Source: Gnetum montanum
Taxonomy: Eukaryota; Plantae; Gnetophyta
Assembly: GCA_015680685.1 (NCBI GenBank)
Contig: MNCI01001499.1
Location: 183,349 to 247,348, forward strand
Direction of reading: 5' to 3'
Length of the DNA stretch: 64,000 nucleotides
Positions 49,548-61,517 of this stretch are shown piece by piece. Both the position numbers and the translations under genes were made by a program. Under the pieces are notes generated by a model that had not been told where the DNA came from, searched no databases, and saw only the letters and a list, made by a program, of their open reading frames with translations. Each line of letters begins with the position of its first letter. The first letter of the stretch is position 1.

Positions 49548-51057
49548 GCAAACAACTAGAGTTAGTAGCCTAGTAGTAGAGGTGGAGCAAAGATGCTTAG
49601 AGGAGGAGATCCTTCAATGCCATAAGGATGAAGGATTATCCAATATTCGATTGGATGACCTTGAGGCCATCTTCGATCCCTCATAGCTAAGTGAACCCCC
49701 TATCATCATCTGAGATGATACTCCAAGTACATATGCATTTGTTTCATGTGTTTCAAGTTGCAATTTTTTGTGCTTAAGCTTGGTATTAATCATTTGTTTG
49801 GTTGTTATGCCTACCTTAGATGTTGATCCTTAGCCCACTACCTCTACTTCGATGTTTCACATGAAACTATGGATGGATGTTCCAGAAAAGAGAGAGTTCA
49901 TGTGAAGGATAACTAAGGACATGATCGATCGATTGCACTTGATATTGGTAAGTACTTAGTTTATCTTTCTTTATGGTCATATGGTTTTAATTATCATGTT
50001 TTTTGTTATACTTTGGCTATTTCACTACTTAATTTTCTTTCTCATGTTTTATTATTTTCAATGTCTAAGCTTAGATGAGATCCCAATCATCCCATTGAGA
50101 TCGATGCCATACCTGGCCTACCATCAAAGAATGTATCACATAAGTTATATGAAAGTACCACTGATTGTGCATTTTCATGTGCCAAAACTTTTTGGGAAAT
50201 TCAACATGCCAATGAGTTCCTATGGAAACACATTTTTGCATTGGAAAAAAAACAAGAGGCTAGCTAAGGCTAATACAGATCTTAAGGATTGCAAGAAATC
50301 CATGGAGACCCAAGTAGCTAATAGGAGTTCTTTATGAACCAAAGAGATCAAATGGGCATGATACTAGAATGCAATCTATGGTAAGGTTTCTCTTTCCAAG
50401 GAGGTTTTCTAATATAATTTACAAATAGACTTGCTAACATGCAAGGCCAAGGAGTGGTGGGACTACTATCCCTAGGTTCTTCAGTGGGATCAGACACAGA
50501 GGGACCACAAGAAGAAGTATAAGGCTGAGCGTGAAACTTACCTTAAGTGGTTGAAGGAGGAGTCCACCAAATAGTGCCAATTAGAGTTGTTTGTGAGGGG
50601 GATTTAAGTAGAGGATGTCTTCAAATTATTTGACGACATCCTAGCCATTTTTGGATTCTCATCTCCTCAGGTCACTATTGCTTTTGAAGAGGTGACTACA
50701 GGGATGTTTTCATAGGAACCACCAACATGGATAGAAGTTGATGACAGCAACACCTTGACAGGCATTAATCTTAGGAGGTGGATTGGGCCACATGAGCAAG
50801 GAATAAATCCTCCATCAATTGGAGGTTGGTCTTTGGAATCTCCCACCAAAGGATGTTGCTCCCAAGCCTTTCTAGGTTTGCTCATATTATTAGTTTTAGC
50901 ATATTTTAGTTTGTTTTGTTTTTATTTATATTTTGATTTTATATGTTGTTAATTCTTTGTTAACTTGTGTTTTATTATGGTATAGGTACCAGGTGATTTC
51001 AACGGCCCCAGTGATAAAGGTCGTAGTGCTCCTTAGTCCCCTCTAGCATCCTCTTAG
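49548..51057 (+). pseudogene. Element D antisense gene, exons 5-8
   Basis: Acceptors at 49547, 49819 and 50985; donor ATTG|GTAAGT at 49948. KLR*DPNHPIEIDAIPGLP..LYESTTDCAFSCAKTFWE..NEFLW matches A (KLRWD..LYEDATGCALSCAKSLWE..NEFLW). Confidence 0.8.
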
Positions 51058-51386
51058 TACCATCTATGGTCATTTACCTATGGTTCTCTCATTGGTTATA
51101 ATAGATGATATTTTTTACATTGTGATGTATTGGCTAGTGTTAGCCATTGGATTTGTTGACAAATGATTTATTATAGTTTAGACTTTTATGGCTACTATGT
51201 TTCAGAAATTAGATAATTATAATTATTATTTTTAAAATTTTAATTTGATTTATATGTTCTAAAATTTTTAATGTTTCATATGCATCTAATGCTCTACATT
51301 TTGTTTATATCATAGGCTATATCGATTGACTATGAAAATGGCCATAATGTAAACTAGGTTGTAAAGGCTATAAATGATTTTCTAAT

Positions 51387-51548
51387 TTTAGGCCATGGTA
51401 GGCCATGTGATTTTCCAATGTTAGGCCATTTCAGACCATAAAATATGTTTTGATTTGCTAGTTTTAGGCCATAGTAGGTTGTACATTTTGCCAGTTTTAG
51501 GCCATGGTGGGCCTTATGTCTTACTAGTTTTAGGCCATGGTAGGTCCC
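51387..51548. repeat. Element D repeats AGTTTTAGGCCATGGTAGGCC at the gag-side cassette border
   Basis: About 5 copies, positional counterpart of 29445-29531. Confidence 0.75.
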
Positions 51549-51875
51549 ACATTCTAAAAGAAAAATTTCTATCAGTTTTTTCTATTTTAATACTTTTTAT
51601 AAGTTTTTCAGGTTTTAAAGTCTTTAAGGTATTTTATGGTTTATGATCAAAGATGAGAAAGACATAAAAGTAAACTGTGAACAACTGTAAACCTTAGGCT
51701 ACATGCAAAGTGATGGTTAAAATAATGTAAAACAAAGGTAAATAAAATGGTGCATATAATAGAAAAATGTAAACTAGCCTATGGAAGGTTATAGAAAAGA
51801 TAGGATATATGGTTATAACTACCAAGGTAAGTGAATCAAGGGGATACATCAATTATCCAAGTGTTTCCTAATCTT

Positions 51876-54341
51876 TCAAAGATTAGGAAACATGTACATT
51901 CTACTTTCCACAATTTTGTATTCCTTGTTTCCGTCACTCACAACATTGAAGGGTAGCTTATCCCATGGTGCATCCATGGACCCATTGTTGTTGTTCTTTG
52001 CTTTCTTTGCTCTTTCATGAGTCTTAATTTTGTGACTTATAGTAAGAGTTTCTTCTTGAAACTCCACCTTGGACCCTTTCTCTATGTCAACATCATTACC
52101 TACCAAGGGCACCATGCTATCACCATGGATGATGATTTCACTCCCTCATAAGGAAGGTGAATTTATTTGTGGGTTGGTAAGGAAACCACTTATATTTGAG
52201 CTAACCAAGGCCTTCCCAAGATAAGGTTGAACCTTGGTGTTTCCTCCACCATCAAGAAATTGGCTGTTACGGGGAATTATTCCCCTAACACAAAATATAA
52301 AGAAATTAAGCCTTTTACAACTACCAAGATTCATTAAAGGACCTAAGAGTGGTTTTCTCAATACATTGAATTTGCTCATTTAAGCCTAAACTTTCTATAA
52401 TAGTGTAAGGTATTACATTTGTTCTGGCTCCATCATCAATGTGCACTATATGCACCTTGTATTGTCCTTCCCTACTAGTTATTAATAGGAGAGCCTTAGT
52501 TGTCTCACCATCTTAGGGATTAGTTTTGACATCACTAGAATGAAACACTAGCATCATTGACCTCATTTATTCTTTTGTGGAAGGTGGTACCATCACTACA
52601 TGAAGGGACTCTTCACTAGCAAGGATATCCTTGCTAACCAAAATAGAGGTCAACATCTTAACTAATGCTTCATGATGTGTAGTGGAAGTCATAAAAAGTT
52701 CATACATGCTAAGAGAAATGTTCTTCTATTTTAAATACTATTTGACTTGTTCCATCACATTGAGGAAGTCTTTATCATTGTTTGTAGGCTTCTCATTCTT
52801 AAGGTTCTTGACTTCATTCATGCATTCCAAGATGTGAACTTCATGCTTCAAATATTATTTGGCTTCATTCCCCTTTCCTTCTAGTTTGGGGTCCTCCTAT
52901 GATTGACTAGTTGATCTAGCTTGACCACTAGAACTCATTAGAATAGATGATATAGGAGTGGGTTTTAGCAAGCCCACTTCCTTCCATGCATTGGCTTGCT
53001 TGTTATTGTTGTTCTTATGCTTTGGTGTGGGCTTCTTACATTATTTACTTGGGGATTTCTTGTTGTTGTTTGTGGGTTGTGTAGAAGCCATTGCATTGGT
53101 TACAATGAGAGGACATTTATCAGTTATAGGGGCATGTTTGGTTTTGGCTTTGAAAGAAGGAGGAATCTTGTTCATAAAAGGATCCTTGGGAAGTGTAGGT
53201 GATGGAACTTTCACAGAAAATGGAGGCCTTGAGCTAGTTGAAGCTGAAGGCCCCCAATCATTGTAGGGAGGTACCCAGATCACAAATGGCTCCCACCTAG
53301 GCCTAGAGTTGTTGGTTACACTAAATCTTATGATAGTGTATCAACTGTTGTTGGCATTTAATAGGTCCTTATAGACTTGCATAGATTGATTTTTTGCTTT
53401 TATTGGGTTAGAGACATCTAGTACTAATTCACCCCTATCTATTATCTTTTGTAAGACATCCTTTAGCACTAGGAAAAATTCTATGTCATGACCTAGCAGT
53501 TGATGGTAATGGCAAAAAAATCAAGTTTGAAGTATTTGGGTATTGGGGGATTTTCCTTGGTTGTAAGAGTGGGATTTTTAGTTGTTTCACATAGCCTGCC
53601 ATGCTTTTAATGAGCAACTTTGGTTATTTATTTGTATTTTATTCTTCTACTCTTCAACATTTGATTAAAGAGTTCTAATGGTTTTAACAATAACTTGGTA
53701 TCCTTTGACTAGTCTTTACATTCAAACATAGGCCTCAAGGTAGTTTATGCAAAGGTTCCATATGTCTAAGGTTGGTTATTATAAATAGGGGCCTTGGGTT
53801 TATTGGTATTAGGCCCCTATGTAGCGGTCTTGTTATTGTCTATAGCCACTGTGCCCATGGTTGTGTTGTTCTACCTGCCTCTCTCCTTGTTCTTCTGTGC
53901 ATGTTGCTTCTTAAATACCACATAGGTAGGGTCATGCCTAGCCTTAGCTGCATCTTCTATGGTCTTCTTTTGTGAAAAGGCTTAAGTGATCGAGGATCAA
54001 GGTAATATAGCTTCAACTTAATAAAGTCATTAACTATGTCCTTGAAGATAACGAGAAGATGTGTTTCAACTATAGGTTCTAAAATCTTGTTTAGGAGAGT
54101 AGTCCATCATTATATAAATTTTTGTACAAGCTCAAGGGATCCCTACTTAACCTTCATTAGTTGGTCAAGGATGGTGCTAGGTTTCAAGTTGTATTTGAAA
54201 TGGTTAATAAACTATAAAATTAAGTCCTTGAGAGAGGATATGAATCCTCTTGGCAATACATGGTACTAAACCAAGGATTTTTTAGTTAGGGACATAGGGA
54301 AGATCCGCATGATGGTATGCAACTAGGCTTGTAGTAATAGG
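51876..54341 (-). pseudogene. gag: Element D gag-protease, 5' part displaced by C
   Basis: Protease VHIDDGARTNV near 52430. C-terminal PWDKLPFNVVSDGNKEYKI matches B PWAELPFNVINKGDTEYRI. Confidence 0.8.
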
Positions 54342-56240
54342 TGTACTGACCAAAATTGTCGATGTAAGGCTAGAAGGGAAAAAAACAAACACCGAGGGAT
54401 CACTGGACAGGTACAGTTGACCCTGCCTTCGCGTGAGGGCAAGCTAGAAAAGGGAAACGAAGGCAAAGTACCTTGGATGGTCTACATGCAAATTAACTAA
54501 GGACTTCCCCGAGCGTAAACTACGGCTTGCGCTGGGGTTATCGTAACTGATAATGCACAAAATGTAAACAATGATGTACTAGATACAAACCAGAGTGTCA
54601 ACAAAACTATATTGTAAACAAAGCATAAACCAAATTTAAAACAAAGTAAATAATGTAATGGAAGGTAAAATGAACTATATTCTATTTCTTAGAAAGGGTG
54701 TGCACCGGTCAAAGCATAGCTATGCGTGTGGATGGAAAATCAAGCGCCAAGACCCAGGATGATGTGTATCAAAATTGCTTGGATGCTAGGAGTCACGTGT
54801 GTCGAAGCATCCAAAGTTGCTGGTTAGTGCTTCCTAAGCCATCAAAATTCAAAATTTCCAACTTTGTTTATGTGAATTAACAGGGTATTTATAAGGTTTG
54901 TCTAGGCTTGGGTGCAGAATTCAAAAATCGAATCAATGGCTGAGAGATGAGAGGAAAACGAATCATGTGACACATGTCTGATGGACAGTTGTGTGTGAGT
55001 TGGATGCACATGTGTAGGCTACATTCTTGACCGGATGCACTATATCTTACAGCGTGTGTTAGCTTACTCAAGCTAGCTTACACTCATGGAAGCACATACA
55101 ATTTCAAGCGTAAGAGCTTGACAAGCTCATAGATGATGAAAATGTACAATGGTAATGTACAACAAGAACAATTGACTCTAGCTCCCTTGAAACTTCTCAA
55201 TCCCTAGATTGACTACTGCAGGATGTCAATTTGAGTGGTTTTGTGGCTATCTGAGGCATCCATGTCCCACAAGAGCTTCTAGCATGAGCAAATTTTATCT
55301 TGGCATGTCCTCAGTGTGTGTTTGGTGTGCTTTTGACTAGGCATGATCAGTATTCACATTGCACTCACGCTGCCAGTGTGACCTCAATGTGAGTGAGGTA
55401 AAAATGAGATATTTCACATCAAATTTTGATTTTTGAAGCCTGTTCTTTAAGTGCAATGATTTCCTTACTGTGTCTAACCCTAAAAGTGATTTGCAAGCCA
55501 AAACTTGAGCTTTAGAGTGACTTGTTTTGAGCCATTTTTGGTAGCTCACGTTGGACTCATGCTGTCAGCATGAGTGTAGTGTGAGCTTAGTGTGAGTGAC
55601 AAAAACTTGTAATTTTGGACCTAAAATTTAGAATTATGGAGGTTGTGACTTGAAGTTGTCAACAATGAACCCTAAAGATGGCTTGCACCTTTGAAATCAA
55701 GTCATTTCGACTCAATTTTGAGGCTTTCATAGTTGCTCATGCTAGACTCACCCTGCTAGCGTGACCTTAGTGTGAGCTCAATGTGAGTGATAAAAACTTG
55801 CAATTTTGAACGTAAAATCTAGAATTTTGGAGGCTAGGACTTGAAGTTGTCGATAATGAACCCTGAAGATGGCTTTCACCTTTGAAATCAAGTCATTTTG
55901 ACTCAGTTTCGAGGCTCTCATAGTTGCTCATGCTGCACTCATGCTGCCAACGTGGCCTTAGCGTGAGTGAGAAAACTTGTACAATTTGACCCGAAATCTA
56001 AACTTTGGAATGCTGAAACTTGGAATGGACCACAATGGCCCTTGAGGATGGCTTGCACCTTTATATTGGACCATGTTTAACTTGATTTTGGAACTTCTGA
56101 AGTTGCTTACGTTGTACTCACGCTGCCAGCGTGACCTCAGCATGAGTTACATGCCTTAGTCAAATCTTCTCTCCCAAAAGCTCAAGAGGCTCTGTGTTGA
56201 TCTTGTTTCAAAGTGTTAGGCAAAAATTAGTAGTTTTTCA
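54342..56240 (-). repeat. Element C 3' LTR
   Basis: TG..CA ends, TATA at about 54886-54893 on minus, and U3 array of ACTCACGCTGCCAGCGTGA in about 185-bp units (55350-56150). Confidence 0.85.
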
Positions 56241-56253
56241 TTGGCCCCTCTTT
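56241..56253 (-). other. Element C polypurine tract
   Basis: AAAGAGGGGCCAA on minus, next to the LTR. Confidence 0.9.
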
Positions 56254-57755
56254 GTTGAAATCTGAAGGAATCCACCTAAGAGGCATCAACAAAGAATTAC
56301 AAAACACCATGACCAACCAAGTACTAAGCATTATCCATCGGCCCTTGGCTGGATGTCATCGCACCGTGTTCAAAAGTACAAGGGATTGGGGGAAATGTAG
56401 TTCAAGATGTAAGGGGATTGGTTGGAACTAGGGAAATCAATAGTTGATCAAGGGTTATAGTTGCTATTGGAAATATGGAAGAGGAATGCTCTCACATGAA
56501 AAAGCCATATCTTTAGTTCTTGTTGGTAGTTAGTTTTCAGTAGACTCAGAATGAAGACATAGGAACTGTGCTCTTTGGAGAAACAGGACTCGTATAGAGT
56601 GTTTACTGGAGCCTGTTGTAAATAGCCAAAGCCACGTGGCGATATGCTACATGATCACTTGAGACACGAGTGTAGCTATTTTTCTAAGACAATTGCCTTC
56701 CGGCCTAGGGCTTGTATGAGAAGAGAAAATGGTCTTGTGATGTCAACGGGGTTATGTAGACATTTTTTGTGCATTTTTCTCTTTGATATTTTATTCTTTT
56801 TTCTTTCTATTTTTTTTTCTTTTCTTTTTGGTTTTTTTTCTTTTTTTTTTCTTTTTGGTTTTTTGTTCTTTTTGGAAGAGCTTGCTTTCAGTGCTATACT
56901 CATGCTCATGCGTTTGCATTTGTATTATGTACCACGTACTATGTTTTGCATTACAACTGCTTAGAGAATCACAGTGTGCAACAGTGTACTAAGAGTTTTG
57001 GGATGCCTATCAAGGGGGTGTAATTGAATAGGGCAAGGGGAACATGATGGGGAATAGGGAATGTATCGAAAGTATACTTATGAACGAATTGATTAACCCA
57101 GTTGCGAGTGTTAGGAAGAATGTGATACCTTGTTGTCATGATGAAGTGCATCTGTGCATGAACACCTCAGGCATGTCATCCTACAAACACAACTCGAAGA
57201 AGATAATAAAACCACAAATGATTCGGTTAACTAAGCACTTTAAACTTGAAAACAACCAAGGAGATGGAGCCATCATGTGCAATTTCATAGTAGAGAGGGT
57301 CATGAACAACATTAGCCTCATCAAGTTCCATGAGACAAATTATGCAGCAAGTGTTTTGTGGAATAGGTACAGCCAATTGTAGCAACATATCTTTTCAAGT
57401 ATTACCTAGTCCTCGATGATGTTTCCAGTTTATAGTCTTATCGGACTGTTGCGGGTTAGTTTCATGTCATAACCCTTTGGACGTTTCCCGTTTAGCGTCA
57501 TGGTAGATGATGCATTGCTAGTTTATAGGCATAGCGGACTATGAAGAAGCAAACTAGTTTATAGTCTTAGTGGACTCTGGATGCTAGTTTCACATTATGG
57601 CAGACAAATATGGCATTTTAGTGTCATACAGGATAGAGCTCTGTGGTTTCAGTTTATTGTCATGATCTCAGGACATTCTATGGTGCCAGTTTTAATTCAT
57701 AGCTCTAAGACCATTTTAGGTCGTGATACCAAGATTGCTACGTATCTCAAGTTTG

Positions 57756-60700
57756 TCAGACATAGTAATGTTTTAGGTACAAGTGATTTGTAGGATTAGC
57801 GAACTCATTCCCATCCAAGTCAGTAAGCTTGAATGCTCCATTATTATATGACTTGGTGACTAAGTAAGGACCTTCCTAGTTAGCTAAGAATTTATCTAGA
57901 TGTTCATGGATGGCCTTAAGGACTAGGTCTCCTTCTTTAATTAGGCGCATATGCAGATCGTGTTTATGTCATTGCTGTTGTTGTTTCTGGTACCACTCGA
58001 TTTGATCAAGTGTTCGTACATGTTTCTCCTCCACCGAGTCAAGGCCAGCAATGTGTAGTTCATTACTTTGGATTTCATCGAGGAGGCTTGAGAGAGCTAT
58101 AGGCAACGAGGGAACCTACAACTCTAAAGGTAAAATAGCTTCAGATTTGGATACAAGACTATATGGAGTTTTACCTGTAGATGTCTAATGTGTCGTTCTG
58201 TATGCCCATAATGCATAGACTAATTTTTCGTGCCATTACCTCTTGCTCTGATTTAGCATCTTTTTGAGCACCATGATGATAGTTTTGTTTGTAGCCTTTG
58301 CTTGACCATTGCTCTATGGGTAGTAAGGTGACGAGAATGCATGTTTAATACCCAGGCTTTCACAGAAGCTTTTAGTATCTGCACTGCTAAACTATGGCCC
58401 ATTTTCAATAATGATAGTCATCATAATACAAAAATGGATCACAATGTTTCCATTATGAAATTGCAAACATGTTTTGAAGTGGTCTTCCTAAGGGGAATAG
58501 CTTCTACCCATTTTGTGAAATATTCAATTGCAGTGATAATGAAGCTATGCCCTACAGAGGATGATGGCGTTATCGGTCCAATTAAGTCTAATCCCCATCT
58601 TTGGAATGGCCATGTGATTTGTGTTGTATGCAATTCATTAGGTGGCACATGTATTAAGTTACCGTGCCTTTTGCAAATGTCACATGTTCTGACCTTGGAG
58701 AAGAAATCGTACTCCATGTGCAGCCAGTAGTAGCCCAAGCACCTAGTCTTTGTTGCCATTGCTTTGGATGGTATGTGCCCTCCACAAAGTCCTTCATGGA
58801 CTTATTCTACAATTGTTTGACCATCGATGCTACTAACACACATCAACAAAATTCCTTCATAGGATTTGCAACACAAGGTGTCTCTTATTAATTCATATTT
58901 CCAAGAGCATTTTCGCATTGCGTCCTTTTGAGCGTTTGTCAAACGTTGTGGAGGTTTCCCTCATAGAAGGTACTCTTTTATGTCATCGTACCATTCTATT
59001 ATGTGTGTTGTGCTAACAGATGCTATAGGCATTTCATAGAGAGTGTTGGTTATAGGTTTGGCATAATTTGTTATGGAGCTAGGCAACGCATGAAACATTT
59101 CAGGTGTCATGTTTAGGGCTAGTGTAGCAAGTGCATTGACAATGGTGTTTTTTCTTCTAGGGAAATGCTTTATATCCAGTTCTACTAGTCGCCTTAGCAG
59201 ATGTTTGGTCAAATCACAATATGGTTGCAAATGGAGAGCCTTACATGTGTAAACTTCTGTGACTTGATTAATGACTAACTATGAATCACCTCAAACTACA
59301 AGACGTGTGATTCCTGAAGTTAATGCTGCTTGAAGACCTCTAAGAATACCTTCGTATTCTACCATATTATTGGTGCAGGGAAAGTTTAATTAGTAGGAGA
59401 AGGGTTGGATTTCTCCAGAGGGGTATGTTAAAATGGCCATAGCACTTCCTCCTCGGGAAGTTGAAGCTCCATCAAAATATAGGATCGCCTCATAGTTATC
59501 GGGCATAGTGTCTATACTATTAATATTCTCATTGGGGAATTTAGGGTTAATCATTGTTTGATCATGCGTTCGCGAGACTGTTAACTGTGTGACTATTGCT
59601 TGACCTTTTGTGGAAGATTGAGCAACATAGTGTAGGTCAAACTCTATGATCATCACTTTCCACCTAACCATCCTACTCGACTCATAGATGTTGTTAGTGA
59701 TGACGTAGAGTACATTATTCTTGCAAATGATGTAAACTTAATTACAAAAGAGATAAAGCATCTAATGAATTGTAGTCTACCTTGAAGACTACGTAGTTTA
59801 GGAAGGTTCTTTGGTGGTTGCATGTTATTATTGCCTTAACTTTATTAGGGTCTACCCGTATCCCTATTCCAGAGAGTATGAAGCCAAGTATTTTTCCCAT
59901 TTTAACACCAAAGACACACTTCTTTGGATTGAGTCTAAGGTCATATTTAAGACAACGTTTAAGCACTAGGTCTAGATCTTTTGCATGTTTTTCGGTTGCT
60001 TTAGATTTAACCACAATGTCATCAATGTAATCATTGAGAAAATTGAGCATGTAATCACTAAATATGTATTTCATTGCTCGTTGATATGTAGCACCTACAT
60101 TTTTAAGAACAAACGACATCATCGTATAATAGAATGTGCTCCAAGGTGTCATAAAGGTTGTCCTGAGTTGATGTTTTGGATTGATTCTTATTTGATTGTA
60201 TCCCGAGAATCCATCCATAAAGGATAACAATGCATGCCCAACAGTTGTGTCAATGAGTTGATCGATGCTGGGTAGCAGGAAGTTATCCTTTATAGTGACT
60301 GTGTTGAGATCATGGAAGTCAATGCATATGCATATGCTACCGTTCTTCCTAGGGACTACAACAATGTTTGATACCTAGTCAAAATAGTCAATAGCTTGGA
60401 TGAAACTAGATTTGTAGAGCTTTGTGATTTCAGCACGGACTGCTAATGCTACCTCAGGTTTAACCGTTTGTGCCTTTTTCTTCACTGGTTTGATTTTTTC
60501 ATCAAGAATGATGTTGTGTTGCATGATTCGAGGGTCTAATCCTGGCATTTCAGTATATGACCATGCAAATGTTTTTATGTTTTCTTTCAGTACATGAGTG
60601 ATGTTACTAACAAGTCGTCAGTCTAGTAGGACACTTAATTTCAATGTTCTAGCTTCGCCATTAGAGGTGGCAATGGGGACTTCAACAAGGGGATCTTCAG

Positions 60701-60890
60701 TGATATTATCTGCCTCTAGATCTAAAGTCATAGTCGCATTTTTAGGCCAATCTGATGTTTCCTGAGTGGAAGCTATTAGGTTAGCATAACCAAATGGGTC
60801 TAGATCCAAGGATTCTAGATTGATTTCTCTTTTTAACTCCCTGTGTGGTCCACTGAGAGATAATGTTGAAAGGATGTTCTTGGCGGCCAT
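57756..60890 (-). pseudogene. pol: Element C pol: RT, deleted RH, aRH, INT
   Basis: FMDGFSGYNQI, YIDDI, LYFDGAS, RWGLDLIGP and EYFTKWVEA. Most of the RNase H is deleted near 59740 relative to B. Confidence 0.9.
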
Positions 60891-61517
60891 GTATTTTCTC
60901 CTACCAATTTAAACCAAGAGTGAAGTAAGTAATGTCTACTTGACTAAGGAGTCGTTAAATGTAAATGGGCATCGGGTAATTAATCTATGTGCTAATGAAA
61001 TTGTAGAACTTAGCAGTGGTCATGGTAGTTTTAGGCTGTACCAAGCCAATAATATTCATGTCAATTTGTCATGTAGGATTTTAAAGTCTTATGGATTTTA
61101 TGTGCATCATTATGTATCTTTAATATATTTTTATATACATATATATATATATATATATTTAACCTTTCTCCCTTCCTTTATAAAAAATTTTATTTCTAAT
61201 ATTTTGGCCTCATCTCCAGAGGCTAGAATAATGAGGAATTCTAGGCAAAGCATGAAATAAAGATGACATAAATAATAACATGCAAAAAAAATTTAAACAT
61301 GAAACATGGTGAATTTAAATAAAAGAGAGAGAGTAAAATAAGAGAAAATAAATTAAATTAAATTGAGAATGAATATTAGGGGTTAGAAAATGGGGGTTTT
61401 GAGGTACATGTCCATTATTTCTACTAGCGTGAGTTCCTGGAAGTTTGGAATGCAGCGTGAGCTAGGGAGTGCAGCAAGAGCATCAACATCAGTGTCAGCG
61501 TCAGCTACAGGGCAGCC

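Larger units (their letters stand above)
49523..54341 (-). mobile_element. Element D fragment: old Tat-like element of the same architecture, cut by E on the left and C on the right
   Basis: Minus-strand gag-PR followed by the plus-strand 3' exons of the antisense gene. Confidence 0.8.

Noticed and set aside
56644-56992. Lys-rich or Phe-rich ORFs
   Set aside because: Produced by a poly-T low-complexity tract in the 3' UTR; not conserved as protein in B.
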